Assembly (NCBI GenBank): GCA_016703155.1
Contig: JADJCP010000004.1
Location: 36,119 to 100,118 of the forward strand
From: Hydrogenophilales bacterium
GTDB lineage: Bacteria > Pseudomonadota > Gammaproteobacteria > Burkholderiales > Thiobacillaceae
Reading direction: 5' to 3'
DNA length: 64,000 bases
Position numbers and translations under genes: made by a program
Part shown: positions 20,601-30,400 of the stretch, piece after piece
How positions within the stretch are numbered: position 1 is the stretch's first letter
How the letters are laid out: each line of letters opens with the position of its first letter
The notes under the pieces: generated by a model
The model's database searches: none
Seen by the model: the letters and a program-made list of their open reading frames with translations, nothing else
Told to the model about the DNA's origin: nothing

Positions 20601-20646
20601 CTATGGTGGCTATGGCTATATTTATAAAACAACCCATGAGGTTCGG

Positions 20647-21354
20647 ATGAAGTCATTCAACATATCTCAGAAACTAATGTCCGATGCCATTTGGACTAGG
20701 GTTTTAGATAACGCTGCTTCACGACATAAGGCTCAGGCGCAAGAGTTATTCAGTCAGCTGGGCAAACTGGATGAGTTGCGTGTGCAGGCTGAATACAATA
20801 CAGGTTCGATCAGCACAGCAACACAATGGTTGCTATTTGGGTTGATCTATTATTTAGAACCCAAGGTGATCGCCGAAGTTGGAACATTTATAGGAAAATC
20901 AGCCATGGCGATGTCGCTTGCAATGGATTCGGCAAATGTAGATGGCGAGATACATACTTGCGACCTAAGTAACTCGATGGAACTACCAATAATTTCTAAC
21001 AGTACAGTACTGCAATATCGAAACTGCTCATCGCAACAAATGTTTGAGGATATGCTTAATAATGGCTACGAGAGTCAAGTAGACATGCTGCATTTGGATG
21101 GGCGCCTGCAGGCAGGCGATCTTGATAAGGTTGCTCGTTTATGCAGTGCGAATGCAATAATTGTAATGGATGATTTTGAGGGCTTGGAAAAGGGTGTTGC
21201 GAATGCTATCTCAATGCGGCCGCATGCAAAATTCCAAGGGTATGCGCTAGCTTATCCGCCGAACGAAAATTTACTGATGAGATATGAATTGCCAGACAGG
21301 TGCACGACAGCTATGCTCTATCCGAATTCTATGCTGCGAATGACTGCACAGTGA
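20647..21354 (+). CDS. Class I SAM-dependent (O-)methyltransferase
   Basis: From ATG 20647 (RBS gaggt): MKSFNISQKL... Motif I-like VIAEVGTFIGKSA; later MLHLDG and IIVMDD. Confidence 0.6.
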   Translation: MKSFNISQKLMSDAIWTRVLDNAASRHKAQAQELFSQLGKLDELRVQAEYNTGSISTATQWLLFGLIYYLEPKVIAEVGTFIGKSAMAMSLAMDSANVDGEIHTCDLSNSMELPIISNSTVLQYRNCSSQQMFEDMLNNGYESQVDMLHLDGRLQAGDLDKVARLCSANAIIVMDDFEGLEKGVANAISMRPHAKFQGYALAYPPNENLLMRYELPDRCTTAMLYPNSMLRMTAQ

Positions 21355-21632
21355 GCAAGCCGTGGGTATACTACAGGCTGTTGAAAAACGAAATCTGCTG
21401 GGGCTGAATCCAAAAACTTAGGGATGCCGATGCTGAAATTGCCAATAATGTGTGTGCGATTTTGCTCAAACTTTCAGTAATAATTGCCATTTGAATGCGG
21501 AAAAATTCAGTAAAGTGGAAAAGAAGTTCGTTTTTCAGTGCCCTATTATGCTCGTAAATGAAGACTGGCAATATGTTTATCTAAAGGCCGGATTCTCCTT
21601 GCTATCGTATTAATTGAGTGGGGCGATATTTT

Positions 21633-22280
21633 ATGAAAATAGTACATGGCTGGCATCTTCCAGATTACGACACACATTTCGAAGCCTATTTCGAAGCCTT
21701 GCATCAAGCTGGGAAACCCTGTGAGTACCAGCAGCAGCAACGTGAGGCTGCACTTGCCTTTGTGAAAAAGCAGAGAGTTGCTGTTGACATTGGCTGCCAT
21801 GTCGGATTGTGGAGCAGGCCACTAGCTGCTATCTTTCAACAAGTAGTTGGATTTGAACCGCTCGCTTTGTTCCATCAATGCTATAAGCTGAATGCGCCTA
21901 CTGCTAGGCTTGAGCCATACGCATTGGGAGATTCTGATGATGTGGTCGATATTGTGTTGCCAAACAATAACACCGGAATGGCTCATGTAGTTCCCGATAG
22001 TGAGGGATCTGGCTCGTTACGAATGTATAGACTAGATGATTTTCAATTAGTTAATGTTGATCTTATCAAGATTGATTGTGAAGGTTACGAATACCCCATA
22101 CTTCTTGGGGCGTCGGATACGATAAACTCAAGTCGCCCTGTCGTGGTTGTAGAACAAAAGCCGCATGCCTACTTCGAGAAATATTGGGGGCAGTACGCCG
22201 CAATGGAGTACATGTTGGATGTGCTTAACTACAAGATAGGCAAGAGGGTTATCGACGATTGGGTTCTGGTGCCACAATGA
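21633..22280 (+). CDS. FkbM-family methyltransferase
   Basis: MKIVHGWHLPDYD...VAVDIGCHVGLWS...DLIKIDCEGYEYPIL, the characteristic FkbM signature. The stop overlaps the next ATG (ATGA). Confidence 0.7.
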   Translation: MKIVHGWHLPDYDTHFEAYFEALHQAGKPCEYQQQQREAALAFVKKQRVAVDIGCHVGLWSRPLAAIFQQVVGFEPLALFHQCYKLNAPTARLEPYALGDSDDVVDIVLPNNNTGMAHVVPDSEGSGSLRMYRLDDFQLVNVDLIKIDCEGYEYPILLGASDTINSSRPVVVVEQKPHAYFEKYWGQYAAMEYMLDVLNYKIGKRVIDDWVLVPQ

Positions 22281-22945
22281 TGAACTTTGTTTTTTTGCAT
22301 GTGGGTGAAGATTCGCGGCCGCAATTGTTGGTGAATTCAATCCGGAGGCATTTCCCAAGTGCATGTATTATTCAATGTACGGATCACATAACAAAGGCCA
22401 TTAGTGGAGTTGATCTAGTAAATAGATACAATGGCGATATTGGCAACTTAATGACTTTCAGGTTGGCCGTTTTTGCCGGTCTAGAGATTGAGGGCGTGAG
22501 TGTTTACCTTGACACAGACATGCTTGTGCTAAGGTCGTTCCAGCCTGCTGATTTATTGGGCAAACACGACATCTTGCTGTGTGAAAGAGTTTTTTCTCGT
22601 GATGCGGCGCTTAATACAAGCTTCAAGGGAATGGATCTGTCTGAATACCAAGATAAATCGCTTGGTGATGTTTACCCTATTTTGGCTTGTTTCACAATTA
22701 CTAAGTCAAATGAGTTCTGGAAGGAATGCGCAGCCGAGCTAAAGAGACTGCCAACTAAGTTTCACTATTGGTATGGTGATCAAGAGGCAATGCGCAATGT
22801 GGCGTCTTGTAGAAACTACGACTTAGCTTACGTTCCTGAAAGTATGGTCGCCTGTCTGCCAGAATTTTTGCCATCCTACCCTCAAGCATTGCTTGCACAT
22901 TTTAAAGGCCCGTCACGGAAGAATCTGATGATGGAATACGATTGA
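22277..22945 (+). CDS. Putative glycosyltransferase (GT8-like nucleotide-sugar fold, DxD)
   Basis: MMNFVFLHVGEDSRPQLLVNSIR...GVSVYLDTDMLVLRSF (DxD motif). Translationally coupled to the FkbM gene. Confidence 0.5.
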   Translation: MMNFVFLHVGEDSRPQLLVNSIRRHFPSACIIQCTDHITKAISGVDLVNRYNGDIGNLMTFRLAVFAGLEIEGVSVYLDTDMLVLRSFQPADLLGKHDILLCERVFSRDAALNTSFKGMDLSEYQDKSLGDVYPILACFTITKSNEFWKECAAELKRLPTKFHYWYGDQEAMRNVASCRNYDLAYVPESMVACLPEFLPSYPQALLAHFKGPSRKNLMMEYD

Positions 22946-23278
22946 TAAGGCTCAGTTCGCGTTACTTAGTAACATAGGCTCAGATATTGAGCCCTATGAT
23001 CTCCAGACTACCCCTGTATTGACATGGATATGGAGAGCAGGGTGAGACAACCAGAGCAGAAGACGATCAAGTCAATGGTCGAGAAATTGACCAATCGCCC
23101 ACGACGGGAGCTGATTGAAGAGGTGTTGGGCAAGGATGCGGCAGGGGACTACATCTGTGTGATTGTAGGGCAGGATCCAAACCGCCCTGCCGCATCGCGC
23201 GAGCCTGCGGGTCGTGAGGAACGGCAGCGCCAGTGGTTTGCAGCGCATTAAATGCCGCGACTGCGGAAGGACATTGAA

Positions 23279-25492
23279 ATGCTACTACACACATTAAAGT
23301 CACTTTTCTTCTCTAAAAGAACAGTCGAGCCCGAGGTGCTGACGGCACAAGTTGTAAACTTGTTTAGAGAAAAAAAAATAATTGAAGCCGAAATACTCAT
23401 TCGGCAGAAGCTCAGCGAGGATCCCTATAGCCCTAAGCTAATCTCCTTGATGGGCGAGGTGCAGTATCACATGGGGGAACAGGAGCAAGCAAGGAATTTA
23501 TTTCTACAGGCACTTCGCTTGAAACCGGGTTTCGCTGGTGCGCATTATGGGCTTTCTCTGGTTTGTTACGACGCGCGTGACTATTTCGAAGCGCTTGGAC
23601 AGGCGCAATTTGCATGTAATTTGCAGCCACAAGTGGCGCGCTACCTCGCTCAGCTAGGCCGTTGCCAGATTGCCATGCAGAATTATAGTGCTGCGCGAGA
23701 TACATTACGCATAACGGTACTATTGGACCCTGAAAATGTCCCTGCCCTCAATAACTTCGGAATTGCACTTCAGGTCATGGGGAGCACGAAAGATGCACAT
23801 TTCTATTTCCGTAGAGCACTGGATCTTGATCCTGAATATGTGCAGGCAATACGAAATTTGGACTTGATCGATAAATTGCCGAAACTGAATGTCCAATTCG
23901 ATAATGAAGCAGGCGCTTTGGATGCTCGCGTCGCATATGAAGCCCCCGCCACGACTGCTTCTATTGATGAAGAAATATCCGCGCTTGAGGAGGTGTTCGC
24001 GGAGCACCCCAACGATCTGGAATCGGCTGTTAAGCTGATCGATCTCCACCTCAAGGCTCTGCAACTGGAAAGTGCGCGTGATGTCCTAAAAATTGCCTTG
24101 GCAAATAATCCGGATGATGTGCGAATTATGGTCAGCAACGCTCGTGTTGCGCACGGATTCGGAAACCTGATTCGTGCCAAAGATGCCTATCAAAAGGTGC
24201 TTGAGCGTTCACCTGACCATATTGATGCTTTACTGGGGTTGAGTCAGGTCTTGAGAGACATGGGCAAGACTTACGATGCCATAGAGCCGGTCAGCAGGGC
24301 AGCAGAGTTAGCACCTAGTGCGCACATTCTCCTACAGCTTGCTTATGCCCAATCCAATGGGTGTCTGTATGATGAGGCGCTGGAGACCTGTGATCGAGTC
24401 GAGTGCTTGGAGCCAGGCTTTGCGCCTTTTTTGATTTCTTCGCGAGCGGTTTCTCACGAATATCTCGGTCAATTCGATCAGGCGCTATATTGGGTTGAGC
24501 GTGCCCAAGAATATGCAGTGACTTTGGCCGGTTTTGATGTTTTCAAGGGCTTGATCTATCTGCGGCAGGAAAATTATGTCAAAGGTTGGGAAGGCTACCG
24601 CCGAAGGGCGCTCGCGGATGCCGCGAACCGACGCATGCTTCCTTACCCAGCTTGGAACGGTGAAGACCTTCACGGCAAAACAGTACTGGTCCTGGCGGAA
24701 CAGGGGTTGGGCGATCAGATCATGTTTGCGTCGTGCTTGCCTGATTTGATTGCCGTTCAACCAAAGCAAATTCTGCTGGAGGCTAATAGTCGTGTCGAAA
24801 AAACTTTGGCGCGCTCCTTTCCACAGATTCAGGTCATTCCGAGCGGGCAAAGAAATTTTGATTGGCTTCCTCCTGAAATTGAGCCCGACTATTATCTTCA
24901 CATCGCTGATTTGCCTTGGGTATTTCGACAAAGCATCAATGATTTTCCCGATCGGGATCATTACCTGGTAGCCGACCCAGAGCGTGTCAAGTACTGGCGG
25001 CAGCGCCTTGGCGTGGGACGACCGTTGATCGGTTTCTCCTGGCGTGGTGGTGTGCAAAAAACGCGTCAGGTTATCCGTACATTATCGCTGAATCAGCTAT
25101 TGCCTCTGCTCTCAGAGAGTCAGGCTCAATTCGTCAACCTGCAATATGGTGATGTTGCCGAGGAACTTAGGGAGTTCACGGATGAGCACGGCCTTGATGT
25201 TCTCAATTTTCCCGAGGCGATTGCTGATCTGGACGAATTTGCTGCGTTGATCAGCGCGCTGGATCTGGTCATCACCGTTTGCAACACCACGGTCCACTAT
25301 TCGGGTGCCTTGGGCAAGACGTGTTGGGTCATGGCGCCGCATGTCCCGGAATGGCGTTATGGTCTGGCCTCGGAGCGTATGCGCTGGTATCCCTCGGTAC
25401 GTATTTTTCGGCAACCCAAGACGGGAGATTGGGAGAGTGCGCTTGGTTGCATCCACAGCGAATTTTCGGCTTGGTTGGAAAAACAGCGTTGA
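23279..25492 (+). CDS. TPR-repeat protein fused to a GT9-like (heptosyltransferase-fold) glycosyltransferase domain
   Basis: The N-terminal ~450 aa carry repeated TPR-like 34-mers (e.g. AEILIRQKLSEDPYSPKLISLMGEV..., ALRLKPGFAGAHYGLSLV...). The C-terminal part reads KTVLVLAEQGLGDQIMFASCLPDL...IGFSWRGG...LVITVCNTTVHYSGALGK, typical of the GT9 family. An alternative start is at 23252. Confidence 0.7.
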   Translation: MLLHTLKSLFFSKRTVEPEVLTAQVVNLFREKKIIEAEILIRQKLSEDPYSPKLISLMGEVQYHMGEQEQARNLFLQALRLKPGFAGAHYGLSLVCYDARDYFEALGQAQFACNLQPQVARYLAQLGRCQIAMQNYSAARDTLRITVLLDPENVPALNNFGIALQVMGSTKDAHFYFRRALDLDPEYVQAIRNLDLIDKLPKLNVQFDNEAGALDARVAYEAPATTASIDEEISALEEVFAEHPNDLESAVKLIDLHLKALQLESARDVLKIALANNPDDVRIMVSNARVAHGFGNLIRAKDAYQKVLERSPDHIDALLGLSQVLRDMGKTYDAIEPVSRAAELAPSAHILLQLAYAQSNGCLYDEALETCDRVECLEPGFAPFLISSRAVSHEYLGQFDQALYWVERAQEYAVTLAGFDVFKGLIYLRQENYVKGWEGYRRRALADAANRRMLPYPAWNGEDLHGKTVLVLAEQGLGDQIMFASCLPDLIAVQPKQILLEANSRVEKTLARSFPQIQVIPSGQRNFDWLPPEIEPDYYLHIADLPWVFRQSINDFPDRDHYLVADPERVKYWRQRLGVGRPLIGFSWRGGVQKTRQVIRTLSLNQLLPLLSESQAQFVNLQYGDVAEELREFTDEHGLDVLNFPEAIADLDEFAALISALDLVITVCNTTVHYSGALGKTCWVMAPHVPEWRYGLASERMRWYPSVRIFRQPKTGDWESALGCIHSEFSAWLEKQR

Positions 25493-25493
25493 T

Positions 25494-25509
25494 CGGCATG
25501 ATGATTGCT
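25494..25509 (+). promoter_or_regulatory. Sigma54 (-24/-12) type promoter upstream of the pilin gene
   Basis: cGGCATGatgaTTGCTt matches TGGCACG-N4-TTGCW with correct GG/GC spacing. It sits 57 nt upstream of the pilin ATG and directly after the TPR-GT stop. Confidence 0.5.
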
Positions 25510-25565
25510 TGTGTAAGCGTGGCGCCACACGGCGGCACCAACCAAATCGTTAGAAAGGGGTTTAC

Positions 25566-25973
25566 ATGAAAAAGTCGTTGCAGAAGGGTTTTACCCTTAT
25601 TGAGTTGCTGATCGTCGTAGCAATCATCGGCATTCTGGCTGCGGTCGCTATCCCGGCTTACACCGAATATCGCATCAAGGCCAAGGCTTCGGAAGTTATT
25701 TTAGCGGCCTCCTCCCTTCGTACTGCCATTACCGAGCAGGTCCAAAGCGGTGTTCCCTTGGCGTCTATCGATGGCCTGACCGGCGGTAGCACGCAGTATG
25801 TGGATTCAGTATCTGTCGAGAACGGTATCATCTATGTGCAAAGTAAAAATCTTGGCGGCACAGTCGTTTCAGTGATTTTGACACCCAGTCTCGCCGCCGC
25901 ACCAACTACCAACGTTGTGGCGTGGGATTGCACTATGGCGCCTGCTGATTACGCTCCTGGTACTTGCCGTTGA
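25566..25973 (+). CDS. Type IVa major pilin (PilA/PilE-like)
   Basis: 135 aa. Class III leader MKKSLQKG|FTLIELLIVVAIIGILAAVAIPAYTEY with Glu5. C-terminal disulfide loop C...APADYAPGTC. RBS aaagggg. Confidence 0.9.
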   Translation: MKKSLQKGFTLIELLIVVAIIGILAAVAIPAYTEYRIKAKASEVILAASSLRTAITEQVQSGVPLASIDGLTGGSTQYVDSVSVENGIIYVQSKNLGGTVVSVILTPSLAAAPTTNVVAWDCTMAPADYAPGTCR

Positions 25974-25998
25974 TTTGTTGATCTGAACGATGTAATAC

Positions 25999-26037
25999 CT
26001 ACGGCCTGACAAAAATTGTCAGGCCGTAGTCTTTTTT
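25999..26037 (+). terminator. Rho-independent terminator after the pilin gene
   Basis: ctacggcctgac-aaaaatt-gtcaggccgtag followed by tctttttt. Confidence 0.85.
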
Positions 26038-26041
26038 GGGC

Positions 26042-26401
26042 ATGTCTATGTCGAAGTTGATTTCATATTTGTTGTCGTCGGCAGCCGCCGAGTTCGGCGA
26101 TTCACTCGCCAAGCGCTTGTCGACGCTATATCCCGTGGCGCTGGATAAACCGGGTGCCAAGAAGGTGTCGGCGAACCGCATGGCGAGCATCTTGGAACGG
26201 CTCTATGCCGATGCCCGCTCTTACCGCCATGCGCATCATCTAGGCTACATCGGGCGCGCGCGGATGAGCCATGCCTTCAAGTGGCGCATGCTCGAAATTG
26301 GTTATAGCAAGGAATTCATAGATATGGCAACGGAAGGTTTGGTTGTCTATCTGTACAAGCCAAAAACCGGGACATCGCCAGAAAAAGCCGCATCGAAGTG
26401 A
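26042..26401 (+). CDS. Hypothetical soluble protein downstream of the pilin gene
   Basis: About 119 aa: MSMSKLISYLLSSAAAEFGDSLAKRLSTLYP...FKWRMLEIGYSKEFIDMATEGLVVYLYKPK... Composition looks coding, but I recognise no family. Confidence 0.45.
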   Translation: MSMSKLISYLLSSAAAEFGDSLAKRLSTLYPVALDKPGAKKVSANRMASILERLYADARSYRHAHHLGYIGRARMSHAFKWRMLEIGYSKEFIDMATEGLVVYLYKPKTGTSPEKAASK

Positions 26402-26456
26402 TTGTCCGTGTAAGCGGGCCTTCTTTGAGCCGCTTGCCGTGAGTTTGGAGCCAAAC

Positions 26457-27137
26457 ATGATCCGTGTATTCATCGGTTTCGACCCCCGCGAAGCGGTGGC
26501 CTACCACGTTTGTGCCAACAGCATCATCCGGCATGCCTCGCAGCCGGTGGCGTTCACGGCGCTGGCCTTGAAAAACCTGGCCGACTACACCGAGACCCAC
26601 TCGGACGGCAGCAACCAGTTTATCTATAGTCGCTTCCTCGTGCCGCACCTGATGAGCTATCAGGGCTGGGCGATGTTCATGGATGGCGACATGCTGGTTC
26701 GCGACGACATCGTCAAACTGTGGAGCCTGCGCGACGAGAGCAAGGCGGTAATGGTGGTCAAACACGATTACAAGACCAAGGCGAACAACAAGTATCTCGG
26801 CTCGAAGAATCAGGATTATCCCCGCAAGAACTGGTCCAGCGTGGTGTTGTGGAACTGCGGTCATCCGGACAATCGGGTCATGACGCCGGAGTTCATCGAG
26901 AACGCCACGGGTGCGCAATTGCACCGGTTTACCTGGCTGGCGGATGAGCAGATCGGCGAATTGCCCAAGGTCTGGAACTGGCTGCCGGATGAGCTGGGCG
27001 AAAATCCTGACGCCAAGCTGCTGCATTGGACGCTCGGGACGCCTTCGTTCCATGAGTATGCCGATGCGCCGATGGCCGGCGAGTGGCACCGCGAGCGCAT
27101 TCTCATGGATTATTGCCTTCAGCGCGATATCGACTGA
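26457..27137 (+). CDS. Putative glycosyltransferase (GT8-like, DxD)
   Basis: From ATG 26457: MIRVFIGFDPREAVAYHVCANSI...NQFIYSRFLVPHLMSYQGWAMFMDGDMLVRDDI (DGD)...NWSSVVLWNCGHP. Confidence 0.6.
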   Translation: MIRVFIGFDPREAVAYHVCANSIIRHASQPVAFTALALKNLADYTETHSDGSNQFIYSRFLVPHLMSYQGWAMFMDGDMLVRDDIVKLWSLRDESKAVMVVKHDYKTKANNKYLGSKNQDYPRKNWSSVVLWNCGHPDNRVMTPEFIENATGAQLHRFTWLADEQIGELPKVWNWLPDELGENPDAKLLHWTLGTPSFHEYADAPMAGEWHRERILMDYCLQRDID

Positions 27138-27321
27138 CGCGAGCAGCTTCCGCGCATTGTCTCCAGAATTGTGTCGCGGTCTCGGCGGCCACAAGCCAAT
27201 GGGTGAGTGCTGTAGGATTGGCTAAGGTCGGCGTGAAAATCTTTCCGGGTACTTTGCCGCCCCGCTCCGGGGCACACAGTATGGGTAGCCTGCCGTAGGC
27301 TGGGGCGGGTCGGGCAGCGCC

Positions 27322-27410
27322 GGTTCGTCGTCGCGAGGAGCGCAGCGACGTGGCGATCCATAGGCTTTGATTTATATAGTGCGCTGGATTGCCGCGCTTC
27401 GCTCGCAATG
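27322..27410 (-). repeat. Palindromic intergenic repeat, copy B (inverted; right edge of the island)
   Basis: The reverse complement reads cattgcgagcgaagcgcggcaatccagcgcactatataaatcaaagcctatggatcgccacgtcgctgcgctcctcgcgacgacgaacc. This is the same core as copies A and C. Confidence 0.85.
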
Positions 27411-27446
27411 ACGGCCACCCTGGGCCACCCGCACCACCATGAATAT

Positions 27447-30400
27447 ATGCGCATGACATTTATCGACACACTGGACCCCGGGCGCAACGCGGTCGTCGAA
27501 GCTTGCGCCGGCAGCGGCAAGACCTGGCTGCTGGTGTCGCGCATGATCCGGTTGCTGCTGGCGGGGGCACAGCCCTCGGAATTGCTGGCGATCACCTTCA
27601 CCCGTAAAGCCGCCGAGGAGATGCGCGATCGGCTATATCGCTGGTTGGCGGATCTGGCCGCCATGGGCGAAGCCGATGTCCTGGATTTTCTGACGCAGCG
27701 CGGCTTGAGCGCGTCGGAGGCACGGACGGCTCTGCCGAGTGCGCGGCGCTTGTTCGAGTCGGTCCTTGAGGCCTTGCCGGGTCCGATGATCACGACCTTT
27801 CACGGCTGGTTTCTGAACCTGTTGCAGCGTGCGCCCATGACGCGGCGCGCTCCGGCGAATTTGCTGGAAGACACCGGGCTGTTGCTTGAAGAGGCCTGGC
27901 TGACCTGGGCGGAATCGTTGCGCGAACCCGCCAGGCAAGCCGAAGCCGATGCCCTGGATTTCCTGCTCGGTGAGTTGTCCCTGGACAGCGCGCGCAAACT
28001 GCTTTTCAGCTTTGTCCACAAGCGCGCGGAATGGTGGGCGTGGTCCGAGGGGCGCGCCGATCCGATTGCCGAGAATAACGCCGCATGGGTCGCGCTCGCG
28101 GGGATCGATGCGTCGGAGGATGTCGTCGCGGCATTGTTTGCCGACACCACATTTCAAGACGCTCTGCGTGAATTCCTGCCACTGCTGGCCGGCAATGGCA
28201 CCGGTATCAAGGCCGATGCCGAGCGTGCGCTCAGCCTGGCCCCGCTTCTCGAAAAATGGCGTGAAATCGACAACCCGTCCCGGCATTGGGAAACCCTGTG
28301 GTCGATATTTTTCACCATCAAGGGCGAGGCGCTGATTCGCAAATCCGGGGGCACGCTGGAGAAACGCCTGGGCCCGGACGGTGCGGCGCGGTTCGTGGCG
28401 TTGCACTATCAGTTGGCCGAGCGTTTGAGCCAGGTGGCGGACAGATTGGAAGAGCTGCGTGGCTTGCGTCTGAATCGTGCCGTATTGGTGGCGGGGGGTG
28501 GATTTCTGGTGCGCTATCAGGCCTTGAAGCGGGAACGCGATGTCCTGGATTTTACCGATGCCGAATGGCTGGCGCGTCAACTGTTGTCCGACCCGGAACA
28601 TGCCGATGCGCTGCTGGCCAAGCTCGACGCGCGCTGGAAGCACATCCTGCTCGACGAGTTCCAGGATGCCAACCCCCTGCAATGGCAGATCATCACGGCG
28701 TGGCTATCGGCCTATGGCGCCGACCCGGAACGCCCGGACGTGTTCATCGTCGGCGATCCGAAGCAGGCCATTTATCGGTTTCGTCGGGCGGAACCACGCT
28801 TGTTCGCCGTGGCGACCGAATTCCTCCGGACGCATTTCGCCGCCGAAATGCACCGTCAGGATGAAACCCGTCGCTGCGCGCCGCGCGTGGTCGCCTGGCT
28901 CAATGCCGTGTTTGGCGAAAGCGCGGATGACTATCCCGGTTTCAACCCGCATCGGGCGCATCGCACAAGCCTGCCGGGTCATTGCGAACTCATCGTCGCG
29001 CCGGCCGTGCTGGAGCCCGAGCCGGATATCGCCGTGTATCCGCGCAATCCACTCACCGAAGCGGCGCCGGCCAAACCCGACAAGCGGCGCGAAGAGGCGC
29101 GGCGGGTGGCGCAGCGGATCAACGACGTGGTCGGGCATCTGGCGCTTGTCGAGGACGGTGGCCGTCCGGCGCGCCATGCCGACATCCTGGTGCTGTCGGC
29201 GTCGCGCACGGATGTGTCGGTGTTCGAGGAAGCCTTCAAGGCGGCCGGCATCTCTTTCGTCAGCAGCCGGCGTGGCGGCTTGCTCGATACCCTGGAGGTC
29301 GTCGATCTGCTGGCTGTGCTGGGTTTTCTGCTGATGCCGGCGGATAACCTGAAACTGGCGCATGCCCTGAAAACCCCGATCTTCGGTTTCACAGACAGCG
29401 ATCTCAAGCAGATTGCCGCGAAAACACAGCCTGACTGGTATGCCCGTCTCGCCGACTGGGCCGTGGCCGACGGCGCGCCGCAACACGTGCGGCGCGCCCA
29501 TCAGCTCCTGCACGCGTGGCGCGCCAGCGCAGGCGCGTTACCGCCCCACGACTTGCTCGACCGTATCTATCACTCGGGGGAGGTCGAGGCGCGTTATGCC
29601 GCCAGCGTCCCGGATCGTTTGCGTGCCGGTGTGCTGGCGAATCTGCGCGGCTTTCTGGAACTGAGCCTGAAGTTTGCCGGTGGCCGCTACCCCAGTTTGT
29701 CGAGGTTTCTAGACGAGGTCAGGTCGCTGGCGCTGCGCGGCGGCGACGACTCGCCCGACGAGGTGCCCGCCAGCGCCGGCGATGTCGTGCGCATGCTCAC
29801 CATCCACGGCGCCAAGGGCCTTGAAGCCCCCGTGGTGTTCCTGATCAAGGCGGACGAGACCAGGCGCGAGGGCGACCACCTGGGCGTACTCATCGATTGG
29901 CCGCCGGAGGCGGCGCAGCCGACGCACTTTTCTATCCACGGCGCCGCGGGCTGGCGCGGCAGGGCACGTGAGGGTCTGTTCGAGCAGGAGCGGCAACTGG
30001 CTGAGCGTGAGCGGTTGAATTTACTGTATGTCGCCATGACCCGCGCCCGCCAGGCGCTGTTCGTGAGTGGTCTGGAGACTGCCGGAGAAGGCAGTTGGCT
30101 GGTGCGTCTGCGCGCGGCCATGCCGACGCCGGCGGGCTTGCCGGAAATGGCCTGGCGGGATTCGGGCCTGGCGGCTGCCGATGTGCTCGCCGATGACCCG
30201 CCTGCCAGGGGCCGTGAGGCCGAGCCCATCGAGCCCGTGGGTTGCCGACGTCCGCCGATCACCGAGGAGGCCCGTTTTGGCATCCTGGTACACCGTTACC
30301 TCGAACTGGTCACGGCGGGCAGGCGTGCCGAAGATATCCGCACCCTGCTGGAGGCCGACGCCAGTGAGTTCGATGCTGTCGCGGCAATTGCCAGGAACTG

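Noticed and set aside
23024-23251. A 75-aa ORF in a GC-richer patch between the GT8-like gene and the TPR-GT gene
   Set aside because: It has no RBS, no recognisable domain, and an Arg/Glu/Pro-rich tail. It may be a relic of foreign DNA, but I cannot support it as a gene.
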